64,000 bases of DNA from an uncultured Faecalibacterium sp. (lineage in GTDB: Bacteria > Bacillota > Clostridia > Oscillospirales > Ruminococcaceae): assembly GCA_934514285.1 (NCBI GenBank), contig CAKSXE010000002.1:18804-82803 (forward strand), in the 5' to 3' direction. Below, piece after piece: positions 19,256 through 26,970 of this stretch. Made by a program: the position numbers and the translations under genes. Below the pieces are notes generated by a model, which was not told the DNA's origin, did not search any database, and worked only from the letters and a program-made list of their open reading frames with translations. The first letter of the stretch is position 1. Every line of letters begins with the position of its first letter.

Positions 19256-20131
19256 ATGACAGGTTATATCACAAAAGGCATCGGCGGATTTTATTACGTA
19301 AAGACGTCGGAAGGCATCGTGGAGTGCAAGCCCCGGGGCATCTTCCGCAAACAGAAGATCACCCCCGTGGCGGGCGACGTGGTGACGCTGGAGACCGAGA
19401 ACGGCGCGGCGGTCATCGCGTCCATCGCGCCCCGGCGGAACGTCTTCGTCCGTCCGCCCATGGCGAACCTCGACGTGCTGTTCCTCGTGGCAAGCACCAC
19501 CCAGCCCACCCCCAGCACCCTCGTGCTGGATAAGCTCTCGGCCATCGCGGTGGACAAGGGCGTCCAGCCCGTCATCGTCTGCACCAAGGGCGACCTCGCC
19601 GAGGCGGAGTTCCTGCGCAGCGCCTACGAAAAATCGACCCTGCCCTTCATCCGCATCGACTACGCCACCGGCGAGGGTCTGGACGACATCAAACACTGGA
19701 TAAACGGCCGTCTCTGCGCCTTCTGCGGCAACTCCGGCGTGGGCAAATCCACCCTGCTGAACGCCCTCCTGCCCGACGTGGAGCGCCAGACCGCCGCCAT
19801 CAGCCAGAAGCTGGGCCGAGGCCGTCACACCACCCGGGAGGTGACGATTTTTGAAGCCTTCGGGGGCTGCATCGCCGACACCCCGGGCTTCGCCAGCCTC
19901 GAGGCCAGCCGGGCGGGCTTCATCCCGAAAGAGAATCTGGAACACGCCTTCCCGGAGTTCGGGCCTTACCTCGGCGCGTGCCAGTTCACCGGCTGCTCCC
20001 ACCGCTCCGAGAAGGGCTGCGCCGTCCGCGCCGCCCTCGCGGAGGGCAAGCTCTCCCAGACCCGCTACGACAGCTACTGCGCCATGTACGATGAGGTCAA
20101 GGACGTGAAGGAGTGGCAGCGACGAGGATGA
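19256..20131 (+). CDS. rsgA: ribosome small-subunit-dependent GTPase A
   Basis: Circularly permuted GTPase: TKGD...GNSGVGKST...DTPGF; C-terminal CxGCxHxxExGC zinc finger. Confidence 0.85.
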   Translation: MTGYITKGIGGFYYVKTSEGIVECKPRGIFRKQKITPVAGDVVTLETENGAAVIASIAPRRNVFVRPPMANLDVLFLVASTTQPTPSTLVLDKLSAIAVDKGVQPVIVCTKGDLAEAEFLRSAYEKSTLPFIRIDYATGEGLDDIKHWINGRLCAFCGNSGVGKSTLLNALLPDVERQTAAISQKLGRGRHTTREVTIFEAFGGCIADTPGFASLEASRAGFIPKENLEHAFPEFGPYLGACQFTGCSHRSEKGCAVRAALAEGKLSQTRYDSYCAMYDEVKDVKEWQRRG

Positions 20132-20268
20132 ACCTCTCCGTCACGGCTTGCGCCGTGCCACCTCCCCTACCGAGGGGAGGCTTTGGCAGTCCCCGCAAAG
20201 TGAACGGTTTCGCCAGAGGCTCCCCTACTAGGGGAGCTGTCGAACGGAGTGAGACTGAGAGGTTGTAC
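20130..20268. repeat. mosaic hairpin-rich intergenic repeat, R1 unit, copy C (overlaps the rsgA stop)
   Basis: ~90% identical to copy B across ~139 bp. Confidence 0.85.
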
Positions 20269-20305
20269 TAAGACGGGCCTGCCCATCATAGAAAGAAGGA
20301 AACCC

Positions 20306-20956
20306 ATGTCCCGCTGTGTTATCATTTCCGCCTGCCCGGTCAGCGCCTCGCTGGCGTCGGCTCTGCGGCCCGGCGACACCATCATTGCCTGCGACGCGGG
20401 CTACCGCAACTGTGAGCCGCTCCGCTGCCGCCCCGACATCATCGTGGGCGACTTCGACACCGCGCCCTGCCCGGCGCAGGGGGACGACGACATCATCATC
20501 CTGCCCCACGTCAAGGACGACACCGACACCGAGTACGCGGCAAAGCTGGCCTCCGAGAAGGGCTTCGACGAGGCGCTGCTGCTGGGTGTGCTGGGCGGCA
20601 GACGCCTCGAGCATACGCTGGCCAACCTCTGCACCGGCCTCGGCCTCGAACAGCGGGGCGTTCGCGCCACCCTTCTGGACGAGCGCAGCCGCATCACCTT
20701 CGTGATGCCCGGCGAGACCCGCCGCTACCCTAGGAATGAGTATTTCTACCTCTCGGTCTTTCCGATGGAGGGCAGGGCAGAGGGGGTCTCGGAGCGGGGC
20801 TCCTTCTACGAGCTGACCGACGCCGTCCTCACCGCAGGCTACCCCCTCGGCGTCAGCAACGAGTATGCCGAGGGCTCCGACTGCATCACCATCTCCACCC
20901 AGAAGGGCGCACTGGTGGTGGTGGAGACGGTGCCGGACGGGCCGATTTTGAGCTGA
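20306..20956 (+). CDS. thiN: thiamine pyrophosphokinase
   Basis: TPK family (catalytic and B1-binding domains: IIACDAGY, GDFDT); follows rsgA as in the B. subtilis yloQ-rpe-thiN order, but rpe is absent. Confidence 0.65.
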   Translation: MSRCVIISACPVSASLASALRPGDTIIACDAGYRNCEPLRCRPDIIVGDFDTAPCPAQGDDDIIILPHVKDDTDTEYAAKLASEKGFDEALLLGVLGGRRLEHTLANLCTGLGLEQRGVRATLLDERSRITFVMPGETRRYPRNEYFYLSVFPMEGRAEGVSERGSFYELTDAVLTAGYPLGVSNEYAEGSDCITISTQKGALVVVETVPDGPILS

Positions 20957-21104
20957 ACCGGAACATTCCGGGCGCGGGACGCCTATAATGGCGTATCAAG
21001 CGACGAAAGGTGGTCGGCTCTATGCAGGTGGTCGTTCTCAAAAGCCCCAAGTGCCTCAGAGGCTTGCTCCGGAGGCTGTTCGGCATAAAGAAGGAGAGAG
21101 AAGA

Positions 21105-21224
21105 GTGAAGTGTGATTTCAACCAGGCGGATGCCATGCAGGCCGCAGCAGATGACGATGTGCTGGCCTCTTCGCTGAAGCTGATGGACCGTAACAAGCAC
21201 GCGTATGAGGAACTTGCAAAATGA
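21105..21224 (+). CDS. hypothetical 39-aa protein (GTG start)
   Basis: AAGGAGAG RBS 8 nt before GTG; VKCDFNQADAMQAAADDDVLASSLKLMDRNKHAYEELAK; no family recognised. Confidence 0.25.
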   Translation: MKCDFNQADAMQAAADDDVLASSLKLMDRNKHAYEELAK

Positions 21225-21257
21225 AAGCAGTAGCCTTGTAAACTTTCTGTGCAAAGC

Positions 21258-21285
21258 TTGACTTTTGCGGGGAATGGCATATACT
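21258..21285 (+). promoter_or_regulatory. sigma-A-type promoter of antisense sRNA, TA locus 1
   Basis: TTGACT, 16-nt spacer, TATACT; preceded by the conserved gtaaactttctgtgcaa box shared by all four loci. Confidence 0.6.
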
Positions 21286-21291
21286 AAAGAT

Positions 21292-21372
21292 GGAATTGTG
21301 AGGATATTCCATTCGGTACACCAAAAAGAAAAGCCCCCAAGGAGTTGCGACCTCCCCGGGGGCTTTCCATTT
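21292..21372 (+). ncRNA. candidate antitoxin sRNA (RNAII-like), locus 1
   Basis: Runs from the promoter to the bidirectional terminator aagcccccaaggagttgcgacctccccgggggctt; contains tgtgaggatat.tccattcggtacacc, same-sense to the plus-strand text over the toxin SD/start and therefore complementary to the toxin mRNA. Confidence 0.5.
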
Positions 21373-21475
21373 AGTCGGGCTTGCGGTCCTTGTCGAATCT
21401 GTCAAGCCACTTGCAGATGTAATGCGACATTACATTTGCTACGACAGACTCCAAAATCGTGAGGATATGAATCAT
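21371..21475 (-). CDS. candidate type I toxin peptide, 34 aa (Fst/Ldr-like)
   Basis: MIHILTILESVVANVMSHYICKWLDRFDKDRKPD; hydrophobic helix, then WL and a charged tail; GGGAGGTG RBS; last 34 codons of tool ORF 21371..21727(-). Confidence 0.6.
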   Translation of the reverse strand: MIHILTILESVVANVMSHYICKWLDRFDKDRKPD

Positions 21476-21574
21476 CAGGTACACCTCCCTTCCCAAGTAA
21501 GATGGGCGGGATGAACCGCAAAACAAGTATATCATAAACTTCGGCAAAAAGATACAGGAAACGATGCGGGATGC

Positions 21575-21632
21575 CAAGGCCTCCCCTACTAGGGGAGGTG
21601 GCATCGCGTCAGCGATGACGGAGAGGTTGTAC
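21575..21632. repeat. partial inverted copy (left half) of the R1 repeat, copy D
   Basis: gccaaggcctcccctactaggggaggtggcatcgcgtcagcgatgacggagaggttgtac is the reverse complement of the R1 left arm. Confidence 0.75.
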
Positions 21633-21828
21633 AAAGACGGGCTTTGCCACAAAGGAAAAGCTCTCTCAAGACTTTCCACGATTTTTCGCGAAAAGTACCG
21701 AATAATTAACGTGCTGCCGATAAACATGAACTTTCAGCCCCCCTCAAAACCCCAAAAAAGTATGTACTGTTCCGCTCCTTCCATTTGTGCTATGCTCAAT
21801 GCATCAAACACAAATGAAAGGAGTTTTT

Positions 21829-23250
21829 ATGCAGAAAAACATGACCGACCGCACCCCGGGCAGCTACGACGACTTCGTGGCCTACCTCGGCACGGTGCGC
21901 ACCCAAGAGGAGCTGTTCTCCCGGCTGACCTACTGGTTCGCCGGGCAGGACCGCCCCGAGGACGTCCTCAGCCGCTCCGAGCTGGTGGAGGCGAGGGCGA
22001 AGGAGCTGGGCTTCTGGCAGGGTCTGACCTTCCGGATGGAGCGCTGGCTGACCGACGGCAAGAGCGAGCTGGAAGCGGTGGGCCGGGAGGAGTTCCAGAG
22101 CCGCATCGCCGAGGACTACGCCGCCTACCGGGAAAAGGCCGACGCGGCCCGGGCGCGCTTCCGGGACCGCCGCCGCGCCGCGCCCCTCAACTTCACCCCC
22201 GACTGCCTCGAGAACGTCCCCATCCAGAACGTGAGCTGGCTGGTGGAGGGGCTTCTGCCCATGGGAGAGGTGTCGCTTCTGGGTGCCGACGGCGGCACCG
22301 GCAAGGGCATCTGGCAGGCCCAGCTCATCGCCTATGTCACGGCGGGAAAGACCTCCGGCTTCTTCCCCCAGCCACCGGAGAAGACCGGCAGCGTCCTCAT
22401 CTTTTCCGGCGAGGACGACCCCGGCAAGGTGCTCAAAGCCCGCCTGACGGCGGCAGGGGCCGATATGAGCCGGGTGATGGTGGTCACCAGCGACGCCTAC
22501 TTTGCCCGCACCGGCAGCCCGCTCTGCATCCCGGACACGAGCTTTGCAAAGTACGTGGGGAAGGCCGCGCCCGCCCTCGTCATCATCGACCCGCTGCAGA
22601 GCTTTCTGCCTGCGGGGGTGGAGATGGCCAGCCGCAACCAGATGCGCAGCGCCCTGCTGCCCCTCAAAGCCCTCTGCGCCAAGCACGGCTGCGCGGCCCT
22701 CATCTCGATGCACACCAACAAGCGCGCCAACGTCTCGGGCCGCGCCCGTCTGGCCGACAGCTCCGACATCTGGGACATCGCCCGCAGCGTCCTCATGATG
22801 GGCCGCGACAAGAACAGCGAAAAGCTCTACCTCAGCCACGAGAAGAGCAGCTACTCCGCCCCGGCCCGGACGGCCCTGCTCCACATCGAGCAGGCGCAGG
22901 TGGAGGGGGTCACCACGGCGGTGGCCGTCTTTGACAGCCGCACCGACAAGAAGGACGCCGACTTCGTGGAGGAGCGCCGCGTCCGCACCGCCCAGACCAA
23001 GGAGGATACCGCGCAGGCCATCCTCAACGTGCTGGCCGAGAGCAAGCTGGGGAGTATGCCGAATACCCAGCTGAGGGCGGAGGTGATGAAGGAGATGGGG
23101 TGCAGCGAGAAAACATATAACCGCGCATATAGCGAGCTGGCGAAAAGCGGCGAGATAAAAAAGCAACAGTTCAATCAGAAAAACGGTACTCGAGGCTGGT
23201 TCACGTTTCTGGGCTACTGTAGTAAAACAAATGACCAAGTGACCATTTAA
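21829..23250 (+). CDS. RepA-like AAA_25/RecA-fold ATPase with C-terminal wHTH (plasmid/ICE replication or primase-helicase loader-type)
   Basis: Walker A LGADGGTGKG; LIFSGEDD; Walker B VIIDPLQSF; C-terminal wHTH-like tail; AAAGGAG RBS before MQKNMTDR. Confidence 0.6.
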   Translation: MQKNMTDRTPGSYDDFVAYLGTVRTQEELFSRLTYWFAGQDRPEDVLSRSELVEARAKELGFWQGLTFRMERWLTDGKSELEAVGREEFQSRIAEDYAAYREKADAARARFRDRRRAAPLNFTPDCLENVPIQNVSWLVEGLLPMGEVSLLGADGGTGKGIWQAQLIAYVTAGKTSGFFPQPPEKTGSVLIFSGEDDPGKVLKARLTAAGADMSRVMVVTSDAYFARTGSPLCIPDTSFAKYVGKAAPALVIIDPLQSFLPAGVEMASRNQMRSALLPLKALCAKHGCAALISMHTNKRANVSGRARLADSSDIWDIARSVLMMGRDKNSEKLYLSHEKSSYSAPARTALLHIEQAQVEGVTTAVAVFDSRTDKKDADFVEERRVRTAQTKEDTAQAILNVLAESKLGSMPNTQLRAEVMKEMGCSEKTYNRAYSELAKSGEIKKQQFNQKNGTRGWFTFLGYCSKTNDQVTI

Positions 23251-23403
23251 TAATATATCTACGTTGTATTTTGTCAGTTGGTCAGTTTGGCCAAGTGACT
23301 ATGATTGACCAAGTGAGTCAGTTGGTCAGCCCTGCTCACTTGGTCATCTTGGTCAAGTGAGTATTTGAACGTATCAACGATTGAAAAATGTCAGTTGGTC
23401 AGA
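23232..23403. repeat. iteron-like array of TGACCAA/TTGGTCA repeats
   Basis: TGTCAGTTGGTCAG three times; CCAAGTGA four times direct plus one inverted; begins within the last codons of the RepA-like gene. Confidence 0.75.
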
Positions 23404-23445
23404 TAACCCGCCCCTCTCAGAGCAGCAATCTCCGAAAGGTTTTTT

Positions 23446-23727
23446 ACCCTCTCAGGCGCTCCGCGCCAGCTCCCCCAGAGGGGGAGCCCTTGGCAGGCCG
23501 GGCCACTTTCGCCTGACCGCTGAAGGCCCGACGGGGCGCAAAAGGGCGGGCCTTGCTTACGGGGATAGCGGCTTCTGGACAACGCACCCTGTCAAGCTGT
23601 CGCTGGCCTAGACAGCGGAGCACTACAGCCCACGAAACGAATAAACTTTGCTCGTCCAGTGGGAACTTGCCCGACACGCCAGAGGCTCCCCCTCTGGGGG
23701 AACTGGCGAGCGGAGCGAGACTGAGAG
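23446..23727. repeat. long mosaic repeat E1 (M3 module plus an R1-like right end)
   Basis: Segment 23468-23665 is ~80% identical to the reverse complement of 27270-27460; right end ccagaggctccccctctgggggaactggcgagcggagcgagactgagaggg is R1-like. Confidence 0.75.
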
Positions 23728-23840
23728 GGCAAACCTGCGTGAATCGCCCCAAAACCTGCGCGAATGGCCGTTGCGGCTGCGGCGGGAGCCGGGTTATAAT
23801 GGAAGTGTCAAAAACACCACAGTGAACGGAGGATACGACC

Positions 23841-24365
23841 ATGAAACTGAAAAAGCTCCTTGCCCTCGCCCTTGCGGGCGTGCTGATGCTGGCCCTGCTC
23901 ACCGGCTGTTCCGGCGGCGGGACAGGAGAGGACAGGCTCATCGCGGAGGGCGTCGCCGACATCTTCAAGCGCATCTACCCGAACACCGAAGTCTCTTACA
24001 GCGTCCCCGCGCTGCCCCGCACCATCCGTCCCGCGTTCACCCCGGACTGGTTCCAGAAGGACGAGGAGGGGAACATCATCTACCTGAAGAGCGACTTCCC
24101 CATAGGCGCTGGTCAGACGCTGAAAGACTTCCTGAAAGACAGCCTGAAAGCCTACGCACAGAGCAATTTCGTGTGCTTTGCCGCCTTCGACTCCACCGGG
24201 ATGAGCGCCAGTGAGCAGGCAGAGCAGTTCGCCAGCAGTGTGCCGTCGGTCACGGTCTATATTAAAGGTGGGTCGCCCTCGGTCAACACCAAGCTGCGTG
24301 TCGGTGTCTGCCATAAGACCGTCGAGGGCCGGGAATACTGCCTTGTGGTCGTTGTCCGGGCCTGA
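23841..24365 (+). CDS. hypothetical lipoprotein
   Basis: Signal peptide with lipobox LLTGC; no family recognised. Confidence 0.55.
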   Translation: MKLKKLLALALAGVLMLALLTGCSGGGTGEDRLIAEGVADIFKRIYPNTEVSYSVPALPRTIRPAFTPDWFQKDEEGNIIYLKSDFPIGAGQTLKDFLKDSLKAYAQSNFVCFAAFDSTGMSASEQAEQFASSVPSVTVYIKGGSPSVNTKLRVGVCHKTVEGREYCLVVVVRA

Positions 24366-24394
24366 TGTGCGCTTGTAAACTTTCTGCGCAACGC

Positions 24395-24422
24395 TTGACT
24401 TTTGCGGGGAATCGCATATAAT
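24395..24422 (+). promoter_or_regulatory. promoter of antisense sRNA, TA locus 2
   Basis: TTGACT, 16-nt spacer, TATAAT; conserved upstream box. Confidence 0.6.
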
Positions 24423-24428
24423 AAAAGT

Positions 24429-24516
24429 GATAAAGGTAGAAGCAAATAGTCCATTGGCTCACCCAAAAGGAAAGACCCCCTCCCGGAGCTGCAATCTCCG
24501 AAAGGGGGTCCTTTTT
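24429..24516 (+). ncRNA. candidate antitoxin sRNA, locus 2
   Basis: Ends at terminator gaccccctcccggagctgcaatctccgaaagggggtc + T-run; gataaaggtagaagcaaatagtccattggctcacc mirrors the toxin 5' region. Confidence 0.5.
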
Positions 24517-24616
24517 AGTGCTTACGGCCCGTCAGCCATCCGTCAAGCCACTTGCAAATGTAGTAAGACGCTACATTCGCTGCGACGGACAGGATAAAGG
24601 TAGAAATAGACTCCAT
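24515..24616 (-). CDS. candidate type I toxin peptide, 33 aa (Fst/Ldr-like)
   Basis: MESISTFILSVAANVASYYICKWLDGWLTGRKH (own translation; below the 60-aa ORF cut-off); RBS GGGAGGTGAAG. Confidence 0.6.
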   Translation of the reverse strand: MESISTFILSVAANVASYYICKWLDGWLTGRKH

Positions 24617-24740
24617 TGGGCTTCACCTCCCTTCCCATAAAATGGGCGGGCAAGGCCGCAAAATAAGTATACCATAAACTTCGGCAAAAAGATACAATAA
24701 ATGCCAAGAGAAGAGTGACTGTAAACTTTCTGTGCAACGC

Positions 24741-24768
24741 TTGACTTTTGCGGGGAATCGCATATAAT
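24741..24768 (+). promoter_or_regulatory. promoter of antisense sRNA, TA locus 3
   Basis: TTGACT, 16-nt spacer, TATAAT. Confidence 0.6.
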
Positions 24769-24774
24769 AAAAGT

Positions 24775-24866
24775 ACGAAAGAAAGAATGATGGTTTCCAT
24801 TGTTCTCACCAAAGCAAAAGAAAACCCCCTCACGGAGTTGCCGCTCCGAAAGGGGGTCTTCTTTAT
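24775..24866 (+). ncRNA. candidate antitoxin sRNA, locus 3
   Basis: Terminator aaaaccccctcacggagttgccgctccgaaagggggtcttcttt; gtacgaaagaaagaatgatggtttccattgttctcacc mirrors the toxin 5' region. Confidence 0.5.
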
Positions 24867-24968
24867 TTAGTGCTTACGGCCCGTGAACCATCCATCAAGC
24901 CACTTGCAAATATAGTAAGCTGCTACATTTGCTCCGACAGACAGTACGAAAGAAAGAATACTTTCCAT
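24867..24968 (-). CDS. candidate type I toxin peptide, 33 aa
   Basis: MESILSFVLSVGANVAAYYICKWLDGWFTGRKH (C-terminus of tool ORF 24867..25268); RBS GGGAGGTGAG. Confidence 0.6.
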   Translation of the reverse strand: MESILSFVLSVGANVAAYYICKWLDGWFTGRKH

Positions 24969-25176
24969 TTTTCTCACCTCCCCTCCCGAATAAATGGGCG
25001 GGCAAGGCCGCAAACCAATTATAACATAGATTTTCGACAAAAGATATAGAAATAAACAAATCTGCCGTAATGGAAATCCCCCAAGGAGTTGCGACCTCCA
25101 TGGGGGATTTTTGTTCTGCTCCCTTCCCACCCCGCATACACTCTCATCAGAGCAAGGACAGGAAAGGAGCATCACC

Positions 25177-26718
25177 ATGGAGCTGAAAGTGTTCCGGGAC
25201 GTTCTGCCTGCGGCGGGTGCGGACTGCACCGCCAAGGCGGAGCTGCCCCTCGAGACCGAGCTACTCATCTCGGACTATCTGCCGCCGGTGCAGCGCATCG
25301 TCAAGTGCTTCGCAAAGCCGGTGGTGCTGCAAAAGCAGCTGGCCCCCGGGCGGCTGACGCTGGAAGGATATTTGCGCTGTACCGTGTATTATCAGGGCGA
25401 AGAGGGGGCGGGGCTGTGCCAGACCGAGCAGAAGCTGCCCTTTACCAAGGCCCTCGAGCTGCCCTCTTTCGCGGCCACGGCGTGGACAGCCTGCGTCGAG
25501 GGCCAGACCGAATACCTCAACTGCCGGGCCGTCAACCCCCGCCGCATCGAGGTGCGGGGAGCCTACGGGCTGGTGGTGAGCGTCCACGCCCAGCTGTCCA
25601 CCGAGGTCATCACGGCCCTCAGCGAGGGCGGCATCGAGCAGAAGCCGGTCACGCTGGCGGGGGTGCGGCGGGCCGCCACCCTCGAAAAGCTCGTGACCAT
25701 CGAGGGGGCGCTGACCTTCCCGAAGCCCCCCGCCGCCATCCTCGACATCACCGGCACCGCCGAGGTGAAAGAGCTGAAGCGGATGCAGGGCAAGGCCGTG
25801 GCGAAGGGGGTGCTGCACGTCCTCTGCGCATGGCGGGCCGAAGGGGACGCCGCCCTCCGCAGCCAGACCGCCGACCTGCCCTTCAACCAAATCGTGGACG
25901 CAGACGGCCTCAGCGAGGACTGCCGCTGCCTCTGCGTCCTCGAGCCGGTGGGCTTTGCGGCGGCGGAAGGGGAGACCGGCGAGGACGGCTCTGCTTCCAC
26001 CACCCTCACGGCCACGGCGATGCTGCGGCTGAGCGGCTGGCGACCCTACCAGCTCCAGTGCGTGGCCGACGCCTTCTCCACCCGCTTCGAGACGACCCTC
26101 ACGCCCCAGACCCTCGCCACCGAGTCGCTGCTCTGCGCGCTGGACGAGACGACGGTGCTGCGGGGCTCCGGCCCTCTGCCCGACGCCGGAGCGCAGATCC
26201 TGGCCTGCTTCGCGTCCTTCGGGCCGGTGAGCCTTATTCGAGATGAGCGGCAGGAGGGGAGAGCGTTCCTCGCGGCCCGGGCCGTGGTGTCGGCCTTTGC
26301 GGAAAACACCCTCGGGGAGATGGAGTGCTACGAAAAGGCGCTGGACTACGCCCTGCCTCTCCCCGCCGACCTCCCGCCCGAAACGGACGCCTACCCCGAG
26401 TGCTGGCTGAGCGTTCAGGACCTGCAATGCGCCAGCGCGGGCGGCGCGCTGGATGTGTCCCTCACCGTCCGGGCCGAGGGCGCAGTTCTGGCGCGGCAGA
26501 CGGCCTCTCTCGTGGGGGCGGTGGAGCTGGGCGACCCCCTCGCTCCCGCCGACCCGGAGGTGTCCCTCCGCATCTGCTACGCCCAAGCGGGGGAGGAGCT
26601 GTTCGCCATCGCCCGGCGCTACCACGTCTCGCCCGGCCAGATGCTGGCCGCCAACGACCTCCCCGACGGCACCGCCCGCCTCGACGAGGCGCGGAGACTG
26701 CTGGTGCCGGGGGTGTGA
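25177..26718 (+). CDS. DUF3794-domain protein with C-terminal LysM-like domain (SipL-like sporulation protein)
   Basis: MELKVFRDVLP start after AGGAAAGGAGC RBS; C-terminus SLRICYAQAGEELFAIARRYHVSPGQMLAANDL is LysM-like; the architecture matches clostridial SipL. Confidence 0.5.
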   Translation: MELKVFRDVLPAAGADCTAKAELPLETELLISDYLPPVQRIVKCFAKPVVLQKQLAPGRLTLEGYLRCTVYYQGEEGAGLCQTEQKLPFTKALELPSFAATAWTACVEGQTEYLNCRAVNPRRIEVRGAYGLVVSVHAQLSTEVITALSEGGIEQKPVTLAGVRRAATLEKLVTIEGALTFPKPPAAILDITGTAEVKELKRMQGKAVAKGVLHVLCAWRAEGDAALRSQTADLPFNQIVDADGLSEDCRCLCVLEPVGFAAAEGETGEDGSASTTLTATAMLRLSGWRPYQLQCVADAFSTRFETTLTPQTLATESLLCALDETTVLRGSGPLPDAGAQILACFASFGPVSLIRDERQEGRAFLAARAVVSAFAENTLGEMECYEKALDYALPLPADLPPETDAYPECWLSVQDLQCASAGGALDVSLTVRAEGAVLARQTASLVGAVELGDPLAPADPEVSLRICYAQAGEELFAIARRYHVSPGQMLAANDLPDGTARLDEARRLLVPGV

Positions 26719-26746
26719 GCGAAGTTGTAAACTTTCTGCACAGCGC

Positions 26747-26774
26747 TTGACTTTTGCGGGGAATGGCATATACT
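26747..26774 (+). promoter_or_regulatory. promoter of antisense sRNA, TA locus 4
   Basis: TTGACT, 16-nt spacer, TATACT. Confidence 0.6.
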
Positions 26775-26780
26775 ATAGAT

Positions 26781-26868
26781 AGTGAAAGTAGAAATTGAGC
26801 TAGTCATTTGGCTCACCAAGAAGAAAACCCCCTCCCGGAGTTGCCGCTCCGAAAGGGGGTCTTCTTTT
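26781..26868 (+). ncRNA. candidate antitoxin sRNA, locus 4
   Basis: Terminator aaaaccccctcccggagttgccgctccgaaagggggtcttctttttt; tgaaagtagaaattgagctagtcatttggctcacc is ~35/40 identical to the plus-strand text over the toxin SD/start. Confidence 0.5.
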
Positions 26869-26970
26869 TTAGTGCTTACGGCCCGTGAACCATCCGTCAA
26901 GCCACTTGCAGATGTAGTAAGATGCTACATTTGCTGCGACGGACAGAATGAAAGTAGAAATACTAGGCAT
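26869..26970 (-). CDS. candidate type I toxin peptide, 33 aa
   Basis: MPSISTFILSVAANVASYYICKWLDGWFTGRKH (C-terminus of tool ORF 26869..27069); RBS GGGGGTGAGAC. Confidence 0.6.
   Translation of the reverse strand: MPSISTFILSVAANVASYYICKWLDGWFTGRKH

Noticed and set aside
20167-20385. Short ORFs inside the REP-like repeats (recurrent ...PSRGASGETVHFAGTAKASPR peptide; also 3994..4317, 8171..8386, 36017..36317)
   Set aside because: They arise from translating the repeat element. Frames and starts differ between copies and there is no RBS, so the repeat is DNA- or RNA-level rather than protein-coding.
21265-21462. Plus-strand 65-aa ORF starting inside the sRNA of TA locus 1 (similar frames occur at the other loci)
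   Set aside because: It runs through the terminator hairpin and into the toxin gene on the opposite strand. It is not conserved between the four copies, whereas the minus-strand 33-aa ORF is.
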